A DNA stretch of 64,000 bases from Phycisphaerae bacterium (GTDB lineage Bacteria; Planctomycetota; Phycisphaerae; UBA1845; Fen-1342), in assembly GCA_050115495.1 (NCBI GenBank), contig JASFQK010000019.1:32001-96000 (forward strand), given 5' to 3'. The first letter of the stretch is position 1, and each line of letters begins with the position of its first letter. The notes under the pieces were generated by a model. It worked only from the letters and a program-made list of their open reading frames with translations, was not told where the DNA came from and did not search any database. The position numbers and the translations under genes are program-made. Below, piece by piece: positions 27,109 to 36,911 of the stretch.

Positions 27109-29220
27109 ATGCGTACTGCCCGGATCGGCACATTCCGACTGCCGCGATCAGCAACCCACTGGGCGCGCATGTTCGCACTGGCCGCCCTGGTCGGCATCGG
27201 CGGCGGAGCGGCGGCGGCGGGGCTCGAATGGGGGCTGCACCACGGCTCGGAGCTGCTGGTCGGGCGGTTCACCTATCTCGGCGGCCCCGGGACCTTCCAT
27301 TTCGAGTGGGGCGTCCTGCTGCTGCCGGCGGCGGGCGGACTGCTGTCCGGCTTGGTCGTACTTTGCCTCTGCCCGGGCGCGAAAGGCCACGGCACCGACG
27401 TCGTGACGCGGGCCTTCCACCGCAACCTGGGGGCCCTGCCGCTGCGAGCGCCGCTCGTGAAGGCGGCGGCCTCGGTGGGCGTCATTTCGTGCGGTGGATC
27501 CGCGGGCCCGGAAGGACCGATCGCAGCCCTCGGCGCCGCGCTGGGATCGACGGTCGGCCACCTCTTCGGCGTCACGCCTCGCGAACGGCGCCTGCTGCTG
27601 GTCGCCGGCTGCGCCGCGGGCATCGGCGCGATCTTCCGGTGTCCGCTCGGCGGTGCGTTATTCGCCGCCGCGATCCTCTATCGCGAGCCGGAATTCGAGT
27701 CGGAAGCCATCGTCCCTGGCTTCATCGCCTCGGTCGTCGGGTACTCGACGTTCATGGCCTTCCAGGGCTTCGGTACGCACCTGCTGCCGGATGCGGACCG
27801 GCTCGCCTTCGCCACACCCGTCGAGCTGGCTCCGTACGCCCTGCTCGGCCTGGCCTGCGGCGGACTGAGCATCTTCTTCTACATGTGCTTCCGCGGCGTG
27901 GAGCGACTGGTGCCGCTGTCGCGGCTGCCGGTCTGGCTGGCACCGGCTGTCGGCGGACTGGCGACGGGGGCACTGGCCTGCGTGCTGCCGCAGATCATGG
28001 ACGGCCGCTACCTGTTCGTCCGCAACGCCATGGACGGCTCTCTGTTCAGCGCGGGCCCGACGCACGATTGGTGGTGGTGGGCGCGCTTGTTCGCGGCCGT
28101 GGCCCTGTTCAAGTGCATGGCGACGGCATTCACCGTGGGCAGCGGTGCTTCCGGCGGCATGCTGGGACCGGGTGTGTTCATCGGGGGCGTGGTGGGCGCT
28201 TGCGTCGGCGCAGCTCTCGAGGCGCTGTACCCGGGCACGTTTCCCGAGTCGCTGCGCAAGTCGCTCATTCCGGTCGGGATGGGCGGCGTGCTGGCGGCCA
28301 GCATGCGCACGCCGCTGGCCGCGATCGTCATGGCCACCGAGATGGCCGGCAGCTACGGGCTGATCGTGCCGTCGATGCTGGTGTGCATCGTCGCCTACGT
28401 GATCGGCCGGCGATGGGGACTGAATCGCGAGCAGGTGCGCAGCGTGACCGAGTCTCCGGCACACGCCAGCGACGCCATCGTGCACGTGCTCGAATCACGC
28501 AGCGTGACCAGCGCGATGGAGAAGCACTGGTCGCTCGTCGTGCCGCCCAATGCCACGCTGAGCGAGATGGTCCGGCGGATGCTGCCCGGAACGCGGCCGG
28601 TCTTCGCCGTCGTGCGCGACCGGCGGCTGGAGGGCCTGATCCGCGTCCCCGATCTCGACCGCTTCATGCGTGAGCCCAACCTCGGCGAAGCCGTCATCGC
28701 CGCCGACATGATGGCCCCCGCACGAACGGCCGTGCACCCGGACGACGATCTGTATCACGCGATGCACGTCTTTCGCCGACATCCGTTCGACGTGATCCCC
28801 GTCGTGTCGCGGGATAACCAGAGCCAGTGGCTCGGCATGCTCTCGCGGCAGCGGGTTTTCGAGATCGTCGAGCGACACATCAACGATCTGTATCGCTCGG
28901 CGCTGGCGGAGCACAGCGGACTGGCCGCCATCGAACAGGAAGGGCAGCTCGCGCAACTGCTCATGGGCCTGCAAGCGGCACCGCGCGATCGCATCCAGCG
29001 GCTGCCCGTGCCGCCCGAGGTGGTCGGGCAGTCGTTGCGACAGGCCGATTTCGCCCAGCGCTTCGGCGCCCAGGTCATCGCCATCGAGAACCCCGATGGA
29101 GCCGTGCGCTCGCCGCCAGACCTCGATGCACCGCTGGCGGGCGACCAGACGCTGGTGGCCATCGTGCGGGATTCGGCCGAACCGGCGGAGGTCGAGCCTT
29201 CGCTGCAGCCCCCGCAGTGA
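27109..29220 (+). CDS. CLC chloride channel/antiporter with CBS pair and C-terminal TrkA-C-like domain
   Basis: GHGTD, GGSAGPEGP, AGIGAIFRCPLGGALF, GSGASGGMLGP; CBS pair; VGQSLRQADFAQRFGAQVIAI (RCK_C-like). Confidence 0.9.
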   Translation: MRTARIGTFRLPRSATHWARMFALAALVGIGGGAAAAGLEWGLHHGSELLVGRFTYLGGPGTFHFEWGVLLLPAAGGLLSGLVVLCLCPGAKGHGTDVVTRAFHRNLGALPLRAPLVKAAASVGVISCGGSAGPEGPIAALGAALGSTVGHLFGVTPRERRLLLVAGCAAGIGAIFRCPLGGALFAAAILYREPEFESEAIVPGFIASVVGYSTFMAFQGFGTHLLPDADRLAFATPVELAPYALLGLACGGLSIFFYMCFRGVERLVPLSRLPVWLAPAVGGLATGALACVLPQIMDGRYLFVRNAMDGSLFSAGPTHDWWWWARLFAAVALFKCMATAFTVGSGASGGMLGPGVFIGGVVGACVGAALEALYPGTFPESLRKSLIPVGMGGVLAASMRTPLAAIVMATEMAGSYGLIVPSMLVCIVAYVIGRRWGLNREQVRSVTESPAHASDAIVHVLESRSVTSAMEKHWSLVVPPNATLSEMVRRMLPGTRPVFAVVRDRRLEGLIRVPDLDRFMREPNLGEAVIAADMMAPARTAVHPDDDLYHAMHVFRRHPFDVIPVVSRDNQSQWLGMLSRQRVFEIVERHINDLYRSALAEHSGLAAIEQEGQLAQLLMGLQAAPRDRIQRLPVPPEVVGQSLRQADFAQRFGAQVIAIENPDGAVRSPPDLDAPLAGDQTLVAIVRDSAEPAEVEPSLQPPQ

Positions 29221-29899
29221 AGACATCAGATCTAAACCCTTGTCAGCAAAGCACTTAGCGGCAGCTCGCACGGGCGTCGATCGCGGCGTTTTGCGCAGCT
29301 CACCCGCGCTGACCGTGCCACCCGGGCACATTTTCGCGTTTTGTTGCCAATTATGGCGCATATTTTTGTGAATCTGCGGTGTCGCTCGACGCCGCCAGCT
29401 CGAGTGGAAGTGGAGCGGCCCGTGGCAGGTATCGAGAACCCGCGCCGGTGGCCGGGGCGAGTGAGGGCATTGCACCACCGGCGCCAGGCCGGGGAGGCGG
29501 GTCGCGATCGCTTGCAACCGCGGGCTGCCCGGACGGCGACCGTGCGTTTTCGTGCAAATTCCCGCGGCGCCGATGTCTTTCGGGCACTACCGCCCGTGGT
29601 CAACTCAGGCGGTTTAGCACCTGCTGTCCCACGGGGCCGCTACCGCGGTGCGCGCCGAGACTAGAGGGATTGGCAGAGTGAATGGACACACGGGCGCGTG
29701 GCCAGACCCCTCCGGCGGATGCTCGCTGGACGGACTGGGTCCCGGTGCGCTAAAATACGCACTGGGCGCCGGGGGGGCCGGGCAACACGCGCTCATGCTA
29801 TGATGGAGGACGGAAAAAAGCTTCCGCGCGCTCGCGGAAGCATTGCCCTAGTCGCCGCCCGGGGCAGACGGCAATGCAGTATCGGAAGGCGGGTGTTGC

Positions 29900-30529
29900 G
29901 TGACTCCTCAGGAACTGCAGGCAGCGCTGCTGCGACGTGCCGAGTCTCTGCATTACTACATCGAAAGCAGAATCCCGAAGCGGTACCGCAGCATCGTCAG
30001 TCCCGAGGATGTGCTCCAGGAAGTCTGGATCACGGCATACCAGACGTTCTCCGGAGACATCCGGGATGTCGATCGCTGGCTGACTACCGTTGCGAATTCC
30101 AAGGTCATTGATGCGCTGCGTACCGTTCTGGCGGTCAAACGCGGCGGCGGGCGGGCGGAGATATCGGAGCGCCCTGGCCGCACCTCGTCTTCAGACAGCC
30201 TCTTCGCTCGCGTGCACGGCGACGCCCTGACGCCCAGCCGCGACGTATCGACCCAGGAGGCACGCCACGCCGTGCAGGTGGCCCTGGCCAGCCTGCCGCA
30301 CGATGCGCGTCGTGCCGTGCAACTGCGATACATCGAAGGACTGTCGCACCAGGCCATCGCCAAGCTCATGCGCCGGAGCAAACCCGCAGTCAACAGCCTC
30401 CTCTTCCGCGGACTCCGGGAGCTGCGGGGGCGAATCGGACAGGCGACACTTTTCTTCAGTGACGCGCGATCATCGGACGAGCCAGGTCAGAACACTGCGA
30501 CCGCCTCTCAACCGGAGGACAGCAGATGA
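29900..30529 (+). CDS. ECF RNA polymerase sigma factor
   Basis: PEDVLQEVW, RWLTTVANSKVID, region 4 LP..RRAVQLRYIEGLSHQAIAKLM..AVNSLLFRG. Confidence 0.9.
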   Translation: MTPQELQAALLRRAESLHYYIESRIPKRYRSIVSPEDVLQEVWITAYQTFSGDIRDVDRWLTTVANSKVIDALRTVLAVKRGGGRAEISERPGRTSSSDSLFARVHGDALTPSRDVSTQEARHAVQVALASLPHDARRAVQLRYIEGLSHQAIAKLMRRSKPAVNSLLFRGLRELRGRIGQATLFFSDARSSDEPGQNTATASQPEDSR

Positions 30530-33375
30530 GACGCGACGGACCAGGCAACACCGCCACCTGTCATCACAGGCTCGACGCGGCTGAACCCCAGGTCGACCGT
30601 GCCGCCCGGCGTGATGTGGCCGGGAGGCCGCCGAGCGTCAAGCGACGCCTCCAGCAACGCCGCGAGCGCCCGCTCGAGGTGACCAGCGGCTTGCAAGCCC
30701 TCCGCGCCATTCAGGCCGCCCAGCGTGAAGCCGCCCGGCGAGCCCACGCGCTGGGCAGCGCCGTCCGACCGGCCGCGGACAACAGCCGGGAAGACCTGGC
30801 CTTTCTCCGGGCAGCGCTGACCGACTACGCGATTCTCGAGCCGATCCGCTACGGTGGGCAGGGCGCCGTCTATCGTGCCCGGCACCTGCTGACCAAGCGC
30901 GTGGTCGCCATCAAGATCCTGCGCGACGGCCCCCTGGCCACGGACCGCCAGCGGGCCCGCTTCGAACGCGAGGCGGAGCTCACGTCGCGTCTGCAGCACC
31001 CCAACATCGTCACGCTGTACGAATACGGTTTCTGCCACGGTCGGCCGTTTCTGGCGCTCGAGTGCATCGAGGGGCTACCGATCAACGACTACGTGCTGTT
31101 GAACGATCTGTCGCCCCGGCAGGTCGCCGCCATGTACGTGAAAGTCTGCCGCGCGGTGCACCATGCGCACCAGCACGGCATCATCCACCGCGACCTGAGC
31201 CCGGCCAACATCCTCGTGGACGAGAGCGGGGAGCCCCACATTCTCGACCTGGGCCTGGCCCAGGATACGTGGGCAGACGACGGCTCCAGCAGGATCTCCG
31301 GAATCGGGCAGATCGTCGGCACGCTGCCCTACCTCAGTCCGGAGCAGGTGGATGGGCTCGACAGTCTCGTCGACGTCCGCTCCGACGTGTACGCCCTCGG
31401 CGTCGTGCTGTACGAACTGCTGGTCGGCCGCCTCCCGTACACCGTCACCGGGAGCTGGGCGGCGGCGCGAAACACGATCTCCTCGGTCGAGCCGGTGCCT
31501 CTGCGGCAGGCGCTGAAGCAGGAGTCCCCGGACCGCCTGCCGGATTCGGGCAGCATCAACCGGGACCTGGAGATCGTCCTGCAGAAGGCCCTTGCGAAGA
31601 GTGCCGCCGAACGGTACCAGTCCGCGGCCGACCTCGCCGACGACGTGCAGCGTTATGCCGCTGGCGAAGCTGTGTCCGCGCGGGCCGGCCATCACCTGTA
31701 CATGCTCCGCAAGTCTCTCCGCCGCTATCGCGTCGCGGTCTTCGTGGTGTGCAGTCTGACGCTGGTGCTCATGGTGTCGAGCGCGGCGATCTGGCATGCC
31801 TGGCTGGTCGCCGTGGCGCAGCGTGATCGGGCACGCGAGGCAACCAGCGTCGCCTACAACCTGTTCGAGCACGCCCTCGAGGCGGATACGAACATGGGTC
31901 CGCTGGCCGGCAGCACGGCCTTCCGTGATCACCTTCTCGGCAGCCTCTCTCAGGCTGTGCCGCAACTCGCCACGCTGGTCGATGATGAGTCGTTGCGGAT
32001 GAGCGTGACGGAGCGCCAGGGCGATCTGGCGCTCGAACAGGGGCAACGGGCCGCCGCGGCGGGCTTTTACCGCGCGTTCCTGGACACCACACAGCGCCAG
32101 TATGACGCCGACCCGACCAACCCGGAGAGCCAGCTCCGCCTGCTGCGCGCCCATCGTAAGCTCGCGTCGGTGTCCGATAATCCCGAACTGTTGTACCGTT
32201 GCGGCATCGACCTGGGCGAACGGCTCGTCGCCCGCGAACTCGCGGATGACGACCTGCGTCAGGCGCTGGGGGAGCTACACATCAATCTGGGCGAGTCTCT
32301 GTTCCAGGCCGGCGATTATGTGCCGGCCCTCGAGCACTTCGAGCGCGTGTTCGACTACGCGCCGCTCGGCGTGCAGGATCCGGCGAAGAGCCTGTCCTCC
32401 GCTCGGTTGCAGGCGCAGGCGGCCAGCCGCCAGGGGCAGATCCAGCTCAAGCTCGGCGATCACGAGCAAGGACGCGAGTCGCTGCTGCGCTCGTTGCGGA
32501 TGCGCGAGCAACTCGTCCAGGACTACCCGGCCCACACCGGCGTTCGGCACGAATTGATGCTCGCCTACATGTACGTTTCGTCGTACCAGCGCGACACCGA
32601 CCGATCCGGAGAGGCTGTCGAGCTGCTGCGCAGCGCCATTGCCACGGGCCAGCTCCTGTGCGACCTGGATCCCACCGTCGTGGCATGGAAGCAGAATCTC
32701 TGCTCCACACGCCACCGCCTCGCGCGGATCTACCTAGATCAGCGGCAGGCCGACGAGAGTCTGGAGCAGTGTGACCTGACCGTGGCTCTGGCCGACGAAC
32801 TGGCCCAGATGACGCACGAAACACCCGAGGCGCTCACCACATTGGCACTCGCCCTGGTTTTGCAGGGGCGGGCACACCTGGCCCGTAGCACACTGGACGA
32901 AGCCTATGCGTCTTTCCGCCAATCCGCAGACATTTGTGAGACGCTGGTTGCGGCCAATCCCTCGACCAACAACGTGGATTATCTGGCCAGCAGCTATACT
33001 TGGCTGGCTTCCGCCCGACTGAAGCAGGGCAAGGTGGATGAGGCTATAGCTCACCGCGAACGAGCAATGGAACTGCGCGATCAACTCGCTGCGCAGAATC
33101 CAGAGGTCGTCGAGTTGGAACTCGACGCCATCGAGACACGCGTGAACCTCGGCGTCGCGTACCAGCAAAAACACCAGCCCCAGACCGACAGCGCTGCCGA
33201 ACGCGCCTTCACGATGGCGGATAATCGCCTTGCAGTGCTTTGGGCGAGCGGACGCCTGGCTGGCTACGAACGCCGATACCAAGTTGCGCGGAAGGCGATC
33301 GAACACAACCGCGGCCTGCTGCCCGGGCGATCCCTCACCGTCGACAGCGTGACGCAGGCGCTCACGTCCGATTAG
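30526..33375 (+). CDS. Ser/Thr protein kinase with TM and TPR-like repeats, ECF-associated
   Basis: GGQGAVY, VAIK, RFEREA, HPNIV, IIHRDLSPANIL, DLGLA, GTLPYLSPEQ, DVYALGV, ERYQSA; ATGA overlap with the sigma gene. Confidence 0.9.
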   Translation: MRRDGPGNTATCHHRLDAAEPQVDRAARRDVAGRPPSVKRRLQQRRERPLEVTSGLQALRAIQAAQREAARRAHALGSAVRPAADNSREDLAFLRAALTDYAILEPIRYGGQGAVYRARHLLTKRVVAIKILRDGPLATDRQRARFEREAELTSRLQHPNIVTLYEYGFCHGRPFLALECIEGLPINDYVLLNDLSPRQVAAMYVKVCRAVHHAHQHGIIHRDLSPANILVDESGEPHILDLGLAQDTWADDGSSRISGIGQIVGTLPYLSPEQVDGLDSLVDVRSDVYALGVVLYELLVGRLPYTVTGSWAAARNTISSVEPVPLRQALKQESPDRLPDSGSINRDLEIVLQKALAKSAAERYQSAADLADDVQRYAAGEAVSARAGHHLYMLRKSLRRYRVAVFVVCSLTLVLMVSSAAIWHAWLVAVAQRDRAREATSVAYNLFEHALEADTNMGPLAGSTAFRDHLLGSLSQAVPQLATLVDDESLRMSVTERQGDLALEQGQRAAAAGFYRAFLDTTQRQYDADPTNPESQLRLLRAHRKLASVSDNPELLYRCGIDLGERLVARELADDDLRQALGELHINLGESLFQAGDYVPALEHFERVFDYAPLGVQDPAKSLSSARLQAQAASRQGQIQLKLGDHEQGRESLLRSLRMREQLVQDYPAHTGVRHELMLAYMYVSSYQRDTDRSGEAVELLRSAIATGQLLCDLDPTVVAWKQNLCSTRHRLARIYLDQRQADESLEQCDLTVALADELAQMTHETPEALTTLALALVLQGRAHLARSTLDEAYASFRQSADICETLVAANPSTNNVDYLASSYTWLASARLKQGKVDEAIAHRERAMELRDQLAAQNPEVVELELDAIETRVNLGVAYQQKHQPQTDSAAERAFTMADNRLAVLWASGRLAGYERRYQVARKAIEHNRGLLPGRSLTVDSVTQALTSD

Positions 33376-33401
33376 TCACTGAACGCCGCCACACCAAGAC
33401 C

Positions 33402-33421
33402 CCGGCGGCCTGGCCCCGCCG
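33402..33421. terminator. Possible hairpin between convergent genes
   Basis: CGGCGG-N7-CCGCCG inverted repeat; no U tract. Confidence 0.25.
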
Positions 33422-33422
33422 A

Positions 33423-34007
33423 TCAACCCTGGGTGCCGGGAGGATCCGGTTCGTCGGGGATTTCCACCGGCTCGTCCTGGCCGTTGGTCACCGGGTCGGG
33501 ATCGCCGTCGTACGCCACGTAGAAATCCATCTTGGTGGTAACGGCATACGGCGCTTCGATGAGCGGCACGCTCCCCGGACCGTCGAAGGCATACTCGATG
33601 TCCTCGTTCAGCGATTCGAGTGCCTCGCCAACGCCCCAGAACATCGGCAATTGGTAGAACTCCGACCGCTGCGGGTACAGCATGTCGGCGTGCGACACCC
33701 ACCACAGTCCGTCCGGCGTGTCCACAACGGGCGCGCTATCCGCCCACACCAGGTCGTCACCGCCGCCCGTGCCGGGCTGGCGCAGCTCGACGCTGGCGAT
33801 CTTCCAACCGACGCTGCTGTCGTAGCTGGCGACGGCCTGGAGGGACAACGTGACGCTGAACGCCACGGGGCTCTCGGGATCCCCGGGCTGTTCGTGGATC
33901 CAGTAAGCGACGTACGTATCAGCCGGGAGTGTCTGTGCCACGGCCCCTGCTGACAGACCCAACAGGATGATGGCTGCGACCGCCATTGGCGCTAACGTGG
34001 TTTTCAT
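33423..34007 (-). CDS. Secreted acidic hypothetical protein
   Basis: MKTTLAPMAVAAIILLGLSAGAVA signal peptide; GGAGGA RBS before ATG 34007. Confidence 0.8.
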   Translation of the reverse strand: MKTTLAPMAVAAIILLGLSAGAVAQTLPADTYVAYWIHEQPGDPESPVAFSVTLSLQAVASYDSSVGWKIASVELRQPGTGGGDDLVWADSAPVVDTPDGLWWVSHADMLYPQRSEFYQLPMFWGVGEALESLNEDIEYAFDGPGSVPLIEAPYAVTTKMDFYVAYDGDPDPVTNGQDEPVEIPDEPDPPGTQG

Positions 34008-35039
34008 GGCATTCCTCCGCGCAGACGGCGTGGCAATGACCCCTGTCACCGGCGCGCACCCTGAGCCGGCCTGCAGCGTCGCTGCGCGGCTGGTAGAGGG
34101 AGCGCCGGGCCCCGCCGACTACGCTCGTAGGTAGGGACCGCCCGCCGCCGGGCATCGCACTGATGCGCCCATCGCCGCGGGGACGTCCAGAGTGTGTGAC
34201 GAAACGCGGACTCGGCGCGCTCCGCAGGGTCCGTGATAAAGTAGACTGCGCGCGCACATGTCAGCACTGCGCGCTACGCCAGCGCTTTTCCGCGGCGAAC
34301 GTGCGGCGTGCCAATCGGCGTCTTCATCTAGGGTGTTTACCGGAGGCGCGGCTGCGCCAGGACCTTCGGCCGAAGACCGTTGTCTTGTATCAGCAATCGC
34401 CGGCCGCTGCCCACAAACGGGCGAGATGGCATCCGCAGGCACGCATTCCTTCATGAAACACCTTCCTATCGGACGCTGCCGGCTAGCCCTTCTGCGGGGT
34501 TCTATGCCGCCCGTGGTGGAAACTTCAAGGTCCTCGTTTTTGTCTAGACATTGTAGGATCCGTCTCGTCGCCCGTTCGGGACTCTCTACACCTTGGTGGC
34601 AGGGAATCTCTGGTGTGTGGCAGGCGGGTTCGTTCCGGGAAACACCAACACCAGAATGAGGCCGTCCGTCCCATAATGCCGGGCAAGACGATCTCTCCAA
34701 TCACATCCTGGTCGCCGGTGCTACCGAGTTCGCTGCCCCCGGTGCTGGCGAGACATGAAGCCGAACCGCGCGAAACCGGACTCAGGCTCCGGGCGGGACG
34801 GGGCGCCGCGGCAGCCGACCTGGTGCCGCCGCAAGCTGAGCTAATATGTCGGTTTTGTGGAAATCAGCGGCCCGGACGTGAATGGCTGCCGGCTCGATAC
34901 CCCTTCGATCGTCCAACCGAGCCAATGCCCGTGCGAGCACGCCGCCGGACGACCGCAGCGTTGCTCGCTCCCCGGACACAACCCCCCTCCCCCCACCCCT
35001 CCCCACACGGGAATATCTAACGACCGCCCCGGTCCGCAG

Positions 35040-35285
35040 TCACCACCGTCCGATGTCGTAGTGCCTTGCCCATCGGATCAGTGTCGCTCGATCAGCGGTT
35101 CCCAGCATGCTGTAGATCGACTCGCAGTGAGCCTCGATGGCCTCACGTTGCACGGCAAGTGCCGCGGCGATCGAGTCGGGCGAGCAGCCGGCGGCCAACA
35201 ACTTTGCGACTCGCAATTCTTCTGCCGACAGCATGTCCGGCGAGATTTGCGGCATGCGCGTCTCAGATTTCCAATCGTTCATCAC
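35040..35285 (-). CDS. Small LuxR/GerE-type HTH protein
   Basis: LSAEELRVAKLLAAGCSPDSIAAALAVQREAIEAHCESIYSMLG..DRATL pattern. Confidence 0.7.
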   Translation of the reverse strand: MMNDWKSETRMPQISPDMLSAEELRVAKLLAAGCSPDSIAAALAVQREAIEAHCESIYSMLGTADRATLIRWARHYDIGRW

Positions 35286-35899
35286 CGCCGCTTAACTACT
35301 GCGGACCACAGGTACCACGCCGACGCGCGGTGCCCGCCGCACGCACGGCCATCAGCGCCACATACTCCGCAGGCGGCGCGGATTCTGCCGGCGCAATCCC
35401 AATCAATCACCGGGCCGCGGCTCACCCTGCGCATACGCGCCGACGGCGCCAGTTCTCATAGGACTTAAGACGGGATTCCCGGTCCGCGCGCTCTGGAAAA
35501 GAAAAATAAGATCCGCGAAAAACCGCCGGCGCGCAGGCCCCGCCCGCGACACGGCAGGTCGCGTCTGCGCCGACGAGTCACCTCACCCCTTCCTCGCCAA
35601 CCTGGAGACCGGCCAATGCCCGCCGCAAACAAAGCCGCGGTCGGGAGTGGCCGATGCCTGCAAGGGCGAGCCCGTCGCGCCGCGAGCAGAAGCAATCGGA
35701 CTCAACGTATCCAAAGGCTCGCCCAAATGGGCCAACGCTCATGCTGCACGGGTGGTGTCTGGCGGCATGGGAGTTGTGGGAGTGTCGGGCCGCGGACACG
35801 TTGTTCGCCTCTTCGCAGACCACCAGCACCCTGCAACTCGGTGACCGTGCCATCGCACTTGCCGCCCCGTCCCGAGCGCACGCCCGGAGAGTGCCAGCG

Positions 35900-36388
35900 A
35901 TGCAACCCACCATTCTGATCGTCGACGACGATCCCGCCCAGCTGGCCGCGATTGCGCGGGTCCTGAGGCGTTCACGGTATGAGGTGGTTACGGCCAGGAG
36001 CGGTCGAATCGGACTGCGCATGGCGGTGAAGAGCCCTCCCGCCCTGATTCTGCTGGACATTTCGATGCCGACCATGTCGGGACACGAATTCCTGCGCCGG
36101 CTGCGTCGGCTGGAGGCCGCCGGCCGGCTGGCCAAGCAGCCTGGGGATAACTGCCCCGGGCGAATGGACATTCCGGTGATCTTCGTGACGGCGCTGGCTG
36201 CACCTCGACAACGCGTCGACGGTCTCGACGCCGGCGCGGTCGACTACATCGTCAAGCCGTTCCATCCGGACGAGTTGCGGGCGAGAGTGCGCCGGCAGTT
36301 GCGACTCGCCGCCCGGCAGCACCAGGCCCTGTCGACGCTGCAAGCGGAGTTGCGGCACGCGGCACCGCGACGCCGCCGGAGGAGATAA
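35900..36388 (+). CDS. Response regulator (REC only)
   Basis: ILIVDDDP, LILLDISMP, VIFVTA, GAVDYIVKPF; start MQPTIL. Confidence 0.9.
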   Translation: MQPTILIVDDDPAQLAAIARVLRRSRYEVVTARSGRIGLRMAVKSPPALILLDISMPTMSGHEFLRRLRRLEAAGRLAKQPGDNCPGRMDIPVIFVTALAAPRQRVDGLDAGAVDYIVKPFHPDELRARVRRQLRLAARQHQALSTLQAELRHAAPRRRRRR

Positions 36389-36392
36389 CCGC

Positions 36393-36908
36393 ATGAACGA
36401 ATCCAGTGGATTGGACGAGCGCCCCACCATTCTGTGCGTCGACGATGAGCCGAACGTGCTGCACGCGTTGGAGCGACTCTTGCGCGTCGACGGCTGGCGC
36501 GTGTTGCTGGCCACCGACGGCCGGGCGGCGCTCGACACGCTGCAGCGCGAGCACGTCGACGTCCTGATCTGCGACCAGGCCATGCCCGGCCTGTCCGGCA
36601 CGGAGGTTTTGCGGCAGGCCAAGGCGGCGTCGCCAGAGACGGTGCGGATCCTGCTCACGGCGCATTGGAGCGAAGGAGAGGTGGTGCTGCCGGCGATCAA
36701 CGAGGCCGAAGTGTTCCGGGTGTTTCCCAAGCCCTGGCACGACGAGCAGGTACGCGGCGCCGCGGTCGAGGCGTTGGGGGCGGACCCGCGCACCTGGGCC
36801 GGATTGCGCCGTCGGCTGCTGGACCGGATGCGAGGCGAGTCAGGGCCGTGCCCAGACGGCCTGACGCCGGCGGCGCCAGGCGAGCGGGCCGGTGATCCGA
36901 CGGAGTAG
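36393..36908 (+). CDS. Response regulator (REC only)
   Basis: ILCVDDEP, LICDQAMP, RILLTA, FPKPW. Confidence 0.9.
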   Translation: MNESSGLDERPTILCVDDEPNVLHALERLLRVDGWRVLLATDGRAALDTLQREHVDVLICDQAMPGLSGTEVLRQAKAASPETVRILLTAHWSEGEVVLPAINEAEVFRVFPKPWHDEQVRGAAVEALGADPRTWAGLRRRLLDRMRGESGPCPDGLTPAAPGERAGDPTE

Positions 36909-36911
36909 GTT

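Noticed and set aside
26810..27109. Fluoride riboswitch / CLC-F exporter
   Set aside because: No match to the fluoride riboswitch pattern by eye, and the CLC motifs (GHGTD, GPEGP) are not the CLC-F type.
29340..29375. Sigma-54 promoter (TGGCGC...) in the CLC-ECF intergenic region
   Set aside because: The required GG-N10-GC spacing is not met.
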